DNA from: Camelus ferus
Lineage: Eukaryota
DNA: 64,000 nt
Direction of reading: 5' to 3'
Assembly: GCF_009834535.1 (NCBI RefSeq)
Contig: NC_045697.1
Location: 33,730,001-33,794,000, forward strand
Shown piece by piece: positions 15,100 through 28,445 of this stretch. Both the position numbers and the translations under genes were made by a program. Below the pieces are notes generated by a model. The model saw only the letters and a list, made by a program, of their open reading frames with translations. It was not told the DNA's origin and searched no databases. Numbering within the stretch: position 1 is the stretch's first letter; each line of letters opens with the position of its first letter.

Positions 15100-15950
15100 A
15101 TCACTAATCATCAGAGAAATGCAAATCAAAATCACTATGAGATATCACCTCACACCTGTAGATGGCTATAGTCAAAAAGACCACAGATAACAAACGTCGG
15201 CGAGAATGTGGAGAAAAGGAGACCCTGCACACTGATGCTGAGAATGTAAACTGGTGTAGCCACTATGGAAAACAGTATGAAGGTTCCTCAAAAAACTGAA
15301 AATAAAACTACCATATGATCCAGCAATCCCTCTCTTGGGTATTTATCCAAAGAAAATGAAAACATTAATTTGAAAAGATACATGCACCCCAATGTTCACA
15401 GCAGCATTATCTACAATAGCCAAGACATCGGAGAAATCTCAGTGTCCATCAAAATATGAATGGTTAAAGAAGATATGGCGTACATATACATAATGGAATC
15501 CTACTCAGCCAGAAAAAAGAGTGACATTTTGCCATTTGATACAACACAAATGGATCTGGAGGATATTCTGCAGAGATTCCAATCTCTGTCTGAGTGAAAT
15601 AAGTCAGGCAGGGAAAGACAAATACTGTGCATTATCGCTTCTATGTAGAATCTAAAAAATAAAGCAAACTGATGAAAATAGAACAGACCCACAAATACAG
15701 AGAACAAAGTAGTAGTTACCACTGGGGAGAGGGAAGGTAGAGCAGGAACAATAGGGGAAGGGGATTAAGAGGTACAAACTACTAGGTATAAAATAAATAA
15801 GCTACAAAGATATATTGTACAGCACAGGGAGTATAGCCAATATTTTATAATAACTTTAAATGGAATATAATCTATAGAATATTGAATCACCATTTGTACA
15901 CATAGAACTAATACAATAATGAAAATCAATTATGTTATAACTTAAAAAAT
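15100..15950 (+). mobile_element. LINE-1 3' fragment (older subfamily)
   Basis: tcactaatcatcagagaaatgcaaatcaaaa...atatgatccagcaatccc...acatgcaccccaatgttcacagcagcatta. Confidence 0.9.
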
Positions 15951-16655
15951 AGTCATGGCTATTATTTACTGGGTACTAAGCACTAATACTGTGTATTTTA
16001 CACGTATGATGCAATTTAATCCTCACTATCAGCCTTTTGGGAGGATTCTATCACTACCCTGGTTTTGTAGATGCGGATTCTTGAGATCATGCGTTCAGTC
16101 AAAATGAACTTCTTGAGTTTAGTTAAAATGAGCTTCATGTGGGAAATAAGGTCAGAGTTCGACTTTGAAAAATAAATAGTAAAGAAGGAGATTCTCATGA
16201 GTGTGCTTGAATTATTGAATCCAAGGTGTATCTTAAATTATTTACATATTCTTTTTTAGATCATCTTTTTTGTAAAGACTCTAAGCAGAGCAAACAGCTC
16301 TTTAATTTTACAAATATCCTTGTAAGAATCTATGGACACCTTAAAATTGAGACATCTATGAAGAAGAGCTATACTGAAATGGAAATGGACAAAGAAATTA
16401 GGTAGATGGGAAAAGGGAAGGCACACAGTGGAAAAGGATGCACCCGTAATTTGAAAAAAGTAAGTAATCATTATCATGAGTTAGGAGAAATTGCCCCGCT
16501 AATGCCCCCTACCTAAACTGGGACTAATTAGCTTCTTCATTAAACATACTTCACTGTTCCTCTTTATCCTAGTGAATGAGGCCACCACCATCCATACCAT
16601 CCAGCTCTTTCTTCAATTCCTTCACCCAACATTTCTAATCAGTCATTCTGATATA

Positions 16656-16693
<38 letters not shown>

Positions 16694-16861
16694 TCTATAT
16701 ATATAATTTCTGTAAAAGTTCTTATTACTGGCACACAAAAAGCACTTGGAATATTTTGCTGTTGCTAGACATAGAAATATGAACAAAGACTGTTGGGCTC
16801 ATTGTTGTATGTTTAATACATACATTCTAATATATACATATAAATTAAATACCATAAAAGA

Positions 16862-17060
16862 GAGTTTAAGAGAGCAAACTTTGCACTCAGACATAGCAGA
16901 ATTAAGTTAAATGTTGGGTTTACCATTTTCTAGTTGTGTTATCTTGAATACATCGCTTAACAACTTCAAGCCTCAGTTTCTTCATCTATAAAATAGGTGC
17001 TGTGAGCTTAAAATTAAGGAGCACATGTAAAGCATATCATATAGTACCTGACACAATTTA
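16862..17060 (+). mobile_element. MIR SINE
   Basis: aagcctcagtttcttcatctataaaatagg core. Confidence 0.7.
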
Positions 17061-17888
17061 AAAGTTCAAGTTTTGGTCCTTGTGTCATTGGATTTTTTTC
17101 ACAAGCTACAACATGCACACATTAATGCATACTTTCTGACTGAACTAGGACTATAGAATATATTTTCAAGTAGTTTTTTAAAAATATGGTATTATTAAGA
17201 AATCTTCCCATTTTATTCTGTAGTTATTATTTTTCCAAACCATCCTATTAATCCAAATCACCTGCATGAGTGAGGGAGTCAGTACTCTAAGAAGCAGGAA
17301 GGGTGTGGAAGGACAGAACCAAAAGAATGGAGCTCAGCTAAGTCCTGGGAGGACAGAGGCAGAGGCAGAACTCTGGTGATGCTGAGCAGAAATAAAACTG
17401 CTGCCTGGCCTCCTGAGATGCCTAAAGACACACTCAGGCTGCCGGCAGCTGCTCTTAGAGTCTGCCAATCGGCCTTTTCTCCTTGCTTCATGAATATTCC
17501 ATAAACCATAAGCTTTCTGATTCCCAAGGAATAAAAATGGTCACCGTAAACCTCTGCCAGGCCATTAACAGTCTATAGGTCACATATGGTGACAATGAAT
17601 CAAACCACTAGTGACCTTACCCAAAGGACTGTTGAATTATTAAGTATTGTGCAGACGGAAGGCAATTTCAAATGAGGGGTTTAAATACATTTTAGACAAA
17701 GACAGCATCATTCAAATTAGCAAATAGCCATACTAGTTGGAACCCATATTAGAAGCAGCAAATTTCAGCTGTCTGATTAGACTTTCTGCTGAAACTCCAA
17801 ATTTTACAAGATTATTAGAACATTTCCTTCCAATAACATGTTTAAACTTTTGTCTTGAACACACTTTTCCCCTTCATAATTTCCTTCC

Positions 17889-17890
<2 letters not shown>

Positions 17891-17934
<44 letters not shown>
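17891..17934. repeat. (AT)n microsatellite
   Basis: Read directly. Confidence 0.95.
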
Positions 17935-17938
<4 letters not shown>

Positions 17939-18549
17939 TTTTTAGATCTTTTTTCTCTCTCTCTTCCTCAATTTAAATGTATTCTCAACCTTCAAGGTTG
18001 AACTTGATACTGAAACTATTCAAAGACAACTGACACTCCAAAGCCAGCTGTGTACTGGCAGCAATCTGTACTCACTGTCCTTGGAACATAAATATTCTTC
18101 CAGTAAACTGCTGTGGAGATCTAAGTTATAATACATATATAGGCATACACTGTAGAGGACAGGAAGCAAATGATGTATATTTTGACTAGATTTATTAAAA
18201 ACTCCTTCCGAAGTCTTGAATACTATGACTCTATGCCCTTCACAAATTTCATCTTCTTGATCTTGGTTATGCCATTCGCACACAGCATGTGGCCCATGCT
18301 GCCAAGAGGTGTTCCTGAAACAGACTGGACTTAGCCAGCTGGATGTACTCAACCAAGCATTCGCCAGTGATGGCAACTGCTGTAGTCAAGAGGGATGCTT
18401 CAAGGAGCCAGTAGAAGATTGTTGGTCCTCATCCCACCCTTGAAAATTCTGCAGAATAGTTTTACACCAATTAAGCAGTCCTTTCAAGTATTCACAATAT
18501 TAAGACATGAGTGCAAGGAGTCTCATCACTTAGCAAAAGTGAAAAGAGA

Positions 18550-19900
18550 ACTACACCAACTCAGTATAAACAGAAAAAACTATATATATAAAATGTCTCT
18601 AAACCCAGCATCTCTGAGCAATCCTGGGGTTGGGAGGGGTAGTTAATAGCTACATGGAAGAGTTAGGATATTTTATAATTTCAACATTAATAGAAAATTA
18701 TAAGTTAAAATATGTTGTTTTAAAACTTAAAGATAACCACTGGTTATATAATACGATGTATAGCTTCCAAAGTACATGAGAAAAGAAAGAATAAGGACAA
18801 TTCAGCAATGAAATATATTACAAAAGTTAATATTAAGAAAGAATATAAAAATAATCAAACAGATTTCAAGGGGCTTTATAGGTTACCCAAAAAAAAGGTT
18901 ATTTAATGATTAAATTCATAGAGTGACATGAAAGCAGAGCTGTTATGAATCTTTACATGTGGAATATCATAGCATCACAGTGCATAAAACAAAAATAGTT
19001 AAAATGCAAACAAAATAACACAATCTCATAATATTTGTGGGAGAATTTTTCACAACTTTCTTGGTATTTGAAAGATCAAGAAAACAAGAAGTGACTTATT
19101 GAGAGGGTAAAATAATAATGTTTTAAGTAAAATTAATTTAATAATGAATAATCAACGCCTTCCAAATTACTGTCAAACATTTACAAGCTTTTAGCCCAAC
19201 TCGGCACAGTGGAAATATCAGCAACATTCAAAGCTGTATAGGTAACATTTCTGAACATAATATGATACAACTAAAAATACAATGAAGCTAAATTTAAACA
19301 AACAAAAACCCCATTTGGAAACTTGAATATTATCCTCCAAATAAGTCTTAGCTTGGAAAGCAAATAGCAGCATAATTGCAGAATATTTAGCAAATAATTA
19401 TGATAACATATTAAAAGTTATGAATTATGGTCAAAGCTGTATGCAAAGAAAATCTTACTGCAATAAAGGAAACTTTATTATTAAATAAGAAACAGTGAAA
19501 ATAAATTAATAAGAACCAAACTCAAGAAGCTAGAAAAAAGAGTAACAAAATTAAACTGCAGAAAGATGAAATTAAAATAAATCATAATGCAATAATTAGG
19601 GAAAAAACAGTAAAATAAATAAATCCAAGATGATTTTTTTAAAAGAACAGTAAATAGAATCCTTCTACCTAGTCCTTAACAAAACAAAGCAAAGCAAATG
19701 AAACAATAATAAAAGGCAGAAAGGGCATTAATTTACCTATGGGGAATGGGAAAGGGAATAAAACTGAGGATAATCAGTTTTTTAAACTAAAAATAGAATA
19801 GGAAATTCATTCTAATAGCTTTTGAAGATCTTAATGAAACTAATTCCTGTAGAAGGAAAGATAAGCTATCCAAACTTATTAAATGGAAGGACAATAATTT
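18550..19900 (+). mobile_element. Highly decayed ancient L1 fragment
   Basis: A-rich tract with L1 ORF2-like pieces such as aaactcaagaagctagaaaaag. Confidence 0.55.
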
Positions 19901-20954
19901 TCTTATCTGCTCACATGCTATTCTTAGAGAACCACTGCCCAGAGCCCGGTGGGAAGAGAGGTACAAACTGTAGGACCCTGTACAGTTCTTCCCTACCAGG
20001 GTACACACCTAACCTAATTTGTTCTACTGCCTTCTTCTCGGGAGGAGGTCCCTGACCACATGGATTCTGAACTGAATCCCACCCTGTCACAAGCCCCCAG
20101 CACTTCCTTCCCAATTTGGTGCTTCAGCTCTGTCACAGCACTATGGCCATCTAATACACCTAAGGGTTTTACTATTTATGTTTCTTTTAAAATTGTGTCT
20201 CCTTTGGCCTACATACGTAAATGTAAGCTCCATCGAGTAAGGTATCTGAGGGGCGGTGGGGGGGTAGTTTGTATACCCTTGATTCTCAGACTATAAAGTG
20301 TCTGGCCCATAGTTGGTACTAAATGTGTATTTGTTGAATAAATAAAAGAAAAAAGAATGCATGCATGCATGCATGAATAAGTAAAGAGGTGGGTTATCAC
20401 CAACAGAGAACAAAGCTGATGATTTATATACACTTTGTTTTGGGCACGTGCAGACAAAAGAAGTTTTAGACTACTATTTGTGGCAACTACAATAAGCTTC
20501 TGTATAAGTGACCACAGACACTTGATTCAAGAGAGAAGCTGAGTAGAGTGAGAAAAAGAGAAAAAAAGAGAGCAGAGTATCAGAGGAGGAGGAGGAGATG
20601 AGGGAGGAGGGGATGACTGTTTGCTTTCTCATTTTCATGATGATCTTGCTATTTTTGTACAACTGGTTCCATGAGGAAAAAGTCACTTTTAAATTTTTTT
20701 AATTGCAGAATCACTTACGTGCCCAGTGTAAATTGCAGTAGCTCTTACTAGGCATTCATATCCTTTTAGATCTGTCTCTTTAGGGTAAGAATTTTCAGTC
20801 TTGGATGGACATCACCTGCAACCATGGGTCTTCTTGTCTATTGGTTTTGTTTTCTTCTTCAATACAAAGCACAGGACCCACCCAGTCCCACAGGTTAGTT
20901 CTATTGTGGGGCCATGATAAGAATCACTGCTTTACTTTGTTCAATGAATGCCTC

Positions 20955-21577
20955 TCACATATATCTGGAGGGATCTCTAATTTGAAAAAGATGCATGCAC
21001 CCCAGTGTTCACAGCAGCACCATTTACAATAGCCTAGATATGGAAGCAACCTAAGTGTCCATCTGCAGATACTTGGATTAAGAAGTTTTGGTATATATAT
21101 TCCATATATAGTAGTATATGGAATACTACTCAACCAAAAAAAAGAATAAAATAATGCCATTTGCAGCAACATGGATAGACCTGGAGACTGTTATACTAAG
21201 TGAAATATGCCAGAGAAAGACAAATATATGGTATCACTTATATGTGGAACCTTAAAAAATGATATAAATGAACTTATTTACAAAACAGAAACAGACTCAC
21301 AGACGTAGAAAAAAACTTATGGTTACCAGTGGGGGGAAGGGGGATTAGAGGGATGAAATGGGAGTTTGGGATTTGCAAATACTAACAACTATATATAAAA
21401 TAGATAAACAACAAGGTTCTACTATATAGCACAGTGAAATATATTCAATACCTTGTAAATGCCTATATTGAAAAAGAATATGAAAAGGAGTGTATATATA
21501 TATATATATATGTAAAACTGAATCACTATGTTGTACACAACATTGTAAATTGACTACACTTCAATTAAAAAAAAATA
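20955..21577 (+). mobile_element. LINE-1 3' fragment
   Basis: atgcaccccagtgttcacagcagcaccatttacaatagcc...aacagactcacagac...gactacacttcaattaaaaaaaa. Confidence 0.9.
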
Positions 21578-21932
21578 ATCAGTATAAGAAAAATTAAATA
21601 AAATGCCTTTCCAACCCACTCAAGGATATCCACAGGTTCTCTTAATAGCATATATAAGAGTTTACTCTTTTCTGTAAAAACATTTTAATTCTGAAAAGAA
21701 CTTTCAAACAACTAGCTTTGTGTACATTTAGCTCATCCAGAGCTGTTTATTTTTTAAGTAATTAATCACAGTGTTAAAGCTTAAATTCACGATTATCCTT
21801 TTATATTTTTTCTGGATTTTTAAATGGCTTACGAATTGTTACCAGGATTTTCACCTTCTCAGTTCTTCCCCTGGCAATGAAAATTTGATCAATACTCTGA
21901 AACCTTAAACTAAAGCAGAGTAAGTCAAATAC

Positions 21933-22192
21933 CTGCAGAGGTCCTTCTGGGCGCTTTCCTCTCAGCACTGGAGCAGTCGGAATTTCCTGGAGGGCTTTTG
22001 ATGTCTTCTTTTTGGCTTTTTCCATTTGAACATTGGTAAAGTAGTTGACAGCAGCAAACTCAATAAGGGCCGAAAATACAAAAGCAAAGCAGACAGCTAT
22101 GAACCAATCCATGGCAGTCGCATAGGATACTTTGGGCAAAGAATGCCGTGCACTGATGCTCAGTGTGGTCATGGTGAGGACTGTGGTTATTC
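21933..22192 (-). CDS. GABRA4: Exon 8, [16 protein letters not shown]...[10 protein letters not shown]...EGPLQ (TM2, TM3, start of intracellular loop)
   Basis: Acceptor ctttgaag|, donor CAG|GTATTT; 260 nt. Confidence 0.98.
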
Positions 22193-22616
22193 CTTCAAAG
22201 CAAAAGAGCAAAGAGACAAAATACTTAATGGTCACTTCTGTGCAAAAAAAAAAAAAAAAAAAAAAAAAAACCAAAAACACACCAAACAAAAAGACCTGGA
22301 AGTTTGGCAGCATAGGGGTAACAAAGTTTATAATAACTCAAATCAAACATCAATCCTAGTGGTTCAGCGGAACTAGCACAGGCTTTGGAGTGAGAAAAGA
22401 TACATGGTTCAAATCCCCAGCTCTTCTGATCACTGGTTCAGTGTGAGTTGGATTAAATCAAGAAAACTCACTGGCTTTCATTTTGATACCCACCAACTGG
22501 GTTTACTATGAAGGTTAAAAGTATGTAAGGCACCTAACATATATTGATATTAGTACCTGAGCCAATGTATCTGAGAAATTCAACACACACCTAACAGGAA
22601 GTGTGACTCACTGAAG

Positions 22617-22714
22617 CACTGATTCTCAACCAGGAGTGGGAAGACAGTAGCACTGAAATTCAAAGCATCAGAATTTCTGGGGTAGGCATGGCCCACTGCT
22701 ACTGAGAATCACTG
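22617..22714. mobile_element. Miniature MER5-like hAT element
   Basis: Terminal inverted repeats cactgattctca ... tgagaatcactg (1 mismatch) around about 75 bp. Confidence 0.6.
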
Positions 22715-25700
22715 CCAGAAAAAGCACAAAATATGTATTTGTCCATATATATATATATATATATAAAATATTTACCCTAATATTATCTATTGAATTAAAA
22801 CAATACATTTACTAGTTTCAAATAGCTTAACAATTTATATAAAACAATAAAGGTATACTCCTGAGAAAAAAGATTTCTAGAGCGATTTGGCTTTAAAAAT
22901 ATTGAATATCTACCACTTATCAGTTTACCATCAGCAGGAAAAATATTTGCAACAATATAGAGGTACTTCTCTTTCAACAACAGGCTTCTGAAGCGTATCA
23001 TCTCCAGAAAAGCCGCTTCCTCAGCTTGGAAAAAAGTCAGTCCCTATTCTCAATGGAAAAATTCCACTTCCCACTGAAACTATAAAGAAATGCATTATTT
23101 AAGGATGCTAATATTTGTACAGTTGTTCCTATCTGCATCTCTGTCCCTCTGTGTATCTAATCCATGTTATGTAGTTTAGCTTGGACATTTATATGGAGAT
23201 TCACTATATCCACATAAACTTATTCTGTATAATGCGTAGGACATCTCCTGCACTGACACACAGGTGTTTGGGGATGATGACAATGACAACAATGATCATG
23301 ATAAAAGCATAAACTATATATTCCAATCCATGCCAACCCCTAGCTGAAAGCCAAATAATACCTATTAAACTGAGGAGATAGTGCACCCCCTGCAATAATA
23401 AAGGAATAATAACACTTTGATTTAGGGAGAAATAATACTGTCTCCTCAACTCAGCACTTCATTACATTCTGCCCTGTATTGTTTCCTAGTGGTGCCATTT
23501 ATCTGAGCTTTGTTCCCACAACTTGACTGAGCGTAGACCCCTTAAGGGCAGAAATGTCTGACGTTGCTTCAGGACGTACCACAGTATTTCACAGAGTGCC
23601 GAGCACATGATGAATGCACAGTAAATAAAGGTACATTTTTCCAGATCTTCACCAATCCATTTTCTTTCTAGTCCCTTCTGAATTGTCAATGTTTAAAACA
23701 TGAAAAATTAGAGCATCTGCGTAGCTTATGAGCCATGGGTCTTACAAACATACTCCATAATCCATATAGAGAAAGAGAGTTGAGAATTTGGTTGTATTTT
23801 CTTTATAAACTGTGACATTTTTAATATTTTATTAGTCTAAACCAGATTTTAAAATGTGTTTATTTGGTCAAATATATAAATACCTAAATGCCAATGGAAA
23901 TTCAATATTGTGAATTTATTGGACTTTGTTTCAGAAAGAGACTTTAGGGCTTCTGAGCCTCTATTTTGAATCTCAGGAAAATGGCACCATTCCCACGCTC
24001 ATTGTGAGGTATGTGAAAAAACCCTGAGTTAGTTTTGAAAATTTTTAGCTACAAAATTTAAAGATATACCAAAGTTTTTCTTCTTATTCATAACAACTCA
24101 AGTTTAATGGCCTGTTAAGAATTCAAAAATGTCCAGAACTTTATTAGGTGTATTTCCTCTAATAGCATAGAAATGATGCTGAAAGCACTTGAAAATAAAA
24201 TATGAACAGCGCAGTCTAAATAAGAATACTACTCAGAACTCAGAAAATTTTAGAGACCATAATGTGAAAACCAAAAAGGGAACTGAAACTCAAATATAAG
24301 CAACTTAAGATTCTCCATGTTGCTTTGAACATTTTTTTGGTAATAGAATGATTTCTCCTGAAGACCAAAATTAGTGGGTTTCCTCCTCTCCTGCAGTATG
24401 AGAAGAAATGCCTTTACTAATGTCAAGTAAGCAGAATATTATTGCAATTATTGAGCTCTGTATCCAAAAATTACTTTCTGATTGTCAAGGAGGGTGGATC
24501 ACCAGGGTTATGAACATGTTAAATGATGTATGGACATCAACACAAAAATCCTGGAGCTGTGTCTGCTCTCTACTTCTCTTTCATTGTCTAGAGTAAACTT
24601 AAACTTTTAAAGTTTGTAGACAGGCCCTTCAGATATTATGGCTCATATTTTACGACTGGTGGCAAAATTAGGAAAGTAACTGGCATAAACAACTGACTAA
24701 GGGTTTGAAGTTCCCATCCCTTTAGACACTGAAAAATCTTCTCTGGAGTTCAAATTTAAGAAAGCACAACAGGGATGTGCTTATTACACCCGTTTTGAGG
24801 TGGAGCGTTTGGTTAAATAAATACCAACAGAATAGCAAACAGATGCCAACCTTCCAGATAAGAAGCCATGCTTAATCTGCATCTAGGAAGACGGTACATC
24901 TGTTGCAAATAGCTTACGACATCTACCTGAAAACACTTCAATAACCATGGAACTTTTTTTGACACGTTCCAGTACCGATGCCAGGCCCTGTTTTTAGAAC
25001 ACTGAACACGCACCATATTGGCTGGCCCAGGAGCTGGAAGAGGACCTGTGAGAGTAGGCAAAGACTGTACACAAGAGTGAATTTTTGGCTAGCCAACACT
25101 AGAAAATCAACTAGTAATGATTTAGAAGTGCCAGCTGGCATTTACTCAGATTTAATGTTTTACTATACCAGAATAATTAGAAAACTTAAAGTCATACAAC
25201 TTTAGAGATAGAAAGCCTTTCCAGAGAATTGAGCACTCTCTACTTCTCTTGTTTACTCTGATTTTTGGGGGGAAGAGATTTGTTTTTGCATGATCTCTAG
25301 TGACCTCCCTGACCCAGCAAATTCTCTCCTTGAGTAAAGAGGAAAATGAGAATTAGGAAAGATAAATACTGGCCCAGAATTATTTTTTCACCTGAATTTC
25401 ATATGAAATAGATTACTAACATTTCCTCCAAATACTTAACTTCCTTAAGGAAATACCATCTAAAGCCTCAACAAACGATTCAATAATTACCATTCTGACA
25501 CATCTTAGATCTTAGAAGACTTAATTATTGAGCATAATTTCCCTGGTCAATCAAAATCAATATCTGGGCACATGAGCACAATTAGAAAGAAGCAAATGGA
25601 AAAAGCTACCCACAAGGTGTCCTCAGCACACAGCCATACAATTTCGCTTAGCAGCTCTGGAATTCTCCACAAGCCCCCATATCCCCAGGCCCCCCTCCGC

Positions 25701-26221
25701 TCCCCTGTAAAGATAGAATGGCAGAGTAGAAATGAGAGAGTTCTCAAAATTAGGCAGAAATTGTCTTAGGTCTATCGCTTAAATATGTGACTTTATACAA
25801 GCTTCTTAACCTCTTTGGGTCCAAATCCTTATCCACATAAAATTAATAATGCCTACCTTGCTGAGTTATTGTGAAGATTAAATAAGATGACCCCTATCAG
25901 TACATGGCAAACCTTATCATCACTATTAATTATTAGTGTTACCAGGACCCTTACTACATGCTACTTAATTTCCCTACAGTATTTTATCTGGATAGGAAAT
26001 ACTGAGTGGGTAGAGCTGTGATCAATGCTATCTCTTCCCATCTCACTGGAAAGCTCTAGTATTTGGGGACAAACGAAACAGAACAGTGGCTACCAGTTTG
26101 TAATCAACCAAGAACGCATTCAAAGCTTCTCAACCAATCACAGTAACTATAAAATACAGAGACCATGCACATTACAGAATCAAGTGATTCTCAGATGAGG
26201 TAGATGGTAGTGTTGGAAGGT

Positions 26222-26460
26222 GATAATAATCAACGACACTAAAAACAGTATTTACTGTGTGGTAGGCATTGTTCCAAGTGCTTTATCCAAATTAACTGTT
26301 GAATCCTCATAGCAATACTTCACGGTAAGTACAGCAATTTATCCTGTAGCAACACGTGAGGAAACTGGCAGAAATAACTCACTGAAGGTTCACAGCTAAT
26401 AAGTGGTAGAACTTGGGATTACAACCTAGGCTGTCTTATCCAGAGTCTGTACTTTTGACA
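26222..26460 (-). mobile_element. MIR SINE
   Basis: tgaggaaactgg...aaggttcacagctaataagtggtagaacttgggatt (reverse core). Confidence 0.7.
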
Positions 26461-28292
26461 TGACCACCTCTTAATCAAAGGCACCATTGATGCATCAGTA
26501 TTATCTGTTCTAGAAATTTTTAGGAACATAGAATAAAAGATGGTAATATGTGTAAAAGTGACTTTATTTTTATTTTCAATGATGATAGTTCCTGAAATAT
26601 TAATATTATTTGTTCAAGGAAAAGTTAAGAGACTTTGATCTGGTGCTCAGCCTCAGCAGACACTTCTGCCCAGACAGGCTGCCTCTGACCATGATGCGCA
26701 GACCCAAAGAGCACTCAGTGAGACAATGAGCAGCAAGAATCTAACAGAGTGGCATTACATAATAGACACATGTTTTCTTTTGAAAAATAATTTAAAATCA
26801 AGGAAACCAAGTCAGAACAAACTAAATCTCCCCTACATAACAGAGCATGTGGGGGAGAGTAACTAAAATTGCTCCAAGTGCTCCATGCACCCCGTAATAA
26901 GGCCTGCACATAACTCTACGTCTTTACTGGTCTATGAAGGAGAGACATCTTATCACAGTTTTATGGATGAAGAAAATAAGTGACAGATACGGGTTTTAAA
27001 CCCTGACCTACTGGAGTCCAAGACTTGGATTCATTGTTTTCTCTCTTTCATTGTCACAGTGGTTTGAATAGCTAAGATCTAGTCAACACTTGCAATGGGC
27101 AGTTGTTCTTTAATTGAACCCTCTCAACAATAGGAAGTAGGTAGGGCCATTACATCTGCTCACTGCCTTCCTGAGGTCACACTCTGCCCCAGCACTGTCC
27201 CTTCTCTAAGAGTTTCCCCAGGAGGATTTCAACGCCTTCTTGAGTGACCCTAAAATTAAAGAGGTGGGGGTGTCCGTGTAAAGTAACCCCACATTCAGGT
27301 CTCCTGAGAACACTAAGATGCCCTTATCGGAATTTCTCTAAGTGGACAGCAGGAGTGGGATGAGAAGTTCCCACTCTCCCCAGTTCCTTCTCCCCAGCAC
27401 CCCTGCAGCTGTTGTGTGATGAGGGATATTCTATCACGGCTTTGATCTTACCAAATAGAAAAAGCAAAGGGAAATTGGCATCTCTTGTGAGGACTTACGC
27501 CTCCATTCCAGAGCAACTCTGATCACTTTCCTTCTTTTCCCATTACTAAAAGGTTTTGCTACTCATGATCAACAGAAAAGGAATAGATATATACTATATA
27601 AACTTAAATAAATATCCTTATAACTAATTTTATTATTTAAAAGCATAACTGATATACACAAGACTTATTAACAGCTATAAAATTTAAAACCCATATGTTC
27701 TGGACTTCATATGGATAAGAATATAACATATAGGAAGTCACTATAAAAACAAAAAGAATAAATTCAGAAAAAAAGATATAGATAGAACATAACAATGAGC
27801 CAATAAACTAAGCATACAATACTCTCCAATTCAATGCATTTAAACCATTTGCATTTTGGTCCTCTTCATTAAAAGGCAAATTATTCTAAGGCTTTCATAT
27901 TCATTCAGCCATGACTTTTATTTGTTTTATTTTAAGCTCCCAGTGCATTTCATTTTAACACCTAGATATGATTTTAATTCAATTACACAGCATTAAGCTA
28001 GGAACCCAAGAATATCACCAAAAGTGAAATTAAATTCAGATTTACATTTGGTCTTTGCCTGCCAGTTCTCAATAAAGGAAATTTGATAGGGTCCCAAAGG
28101 AAGGGAGGGACTTGAGCTTTATTACTTCGTATTGGCTGGATAAAAATAAAACCTTGTGTGATTCTCTACCCAGCACAGTCTAATATATTACTGACTAATA
28201 TTTTCTTAGAAATGATATCCAAAGACTATTCCCATGAAACATGATCAAAATGTAATGTGGACAAAAATACCCACATAATGATTTATAATTAC

Positions 28293-28445
28293 CGAATACA
28301 GTCCTAGCTGGAACTGATTCCTTATTTATCCAGAATGAAACTTGAGAAAGAATTACTGTCATAATGCATGGAATATACGTCTGAATCATAAAATAACCCA
28401 TCTTCCGTCTCAGGTGGAAATAAACCGTCATAACAATATATTCAC
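28293..28445 (-). CDS. GABRA4: Exon 7, [51 protein letters not shown] (TM1, start of TM2)
   Basis: Acceptor tttgcag|, donor G|GTAATT; 153 nt; anion-channel PAR motif. Confidence 0.99.

Noticed and set aside
18190..18460. Possible processed pseudogene or RT fragment (GHMLCANGITK on the minus strand)
   Set aside because: Too short and broken to assign by eye; needs a BLASTX or Dfam search
1..21700. GABRA4 terminal coding exon (TM4, KIDKYARILFP-type motif)
   Set aside because: Not found in the ORF track or by reading; presumed outside the window rather than lost
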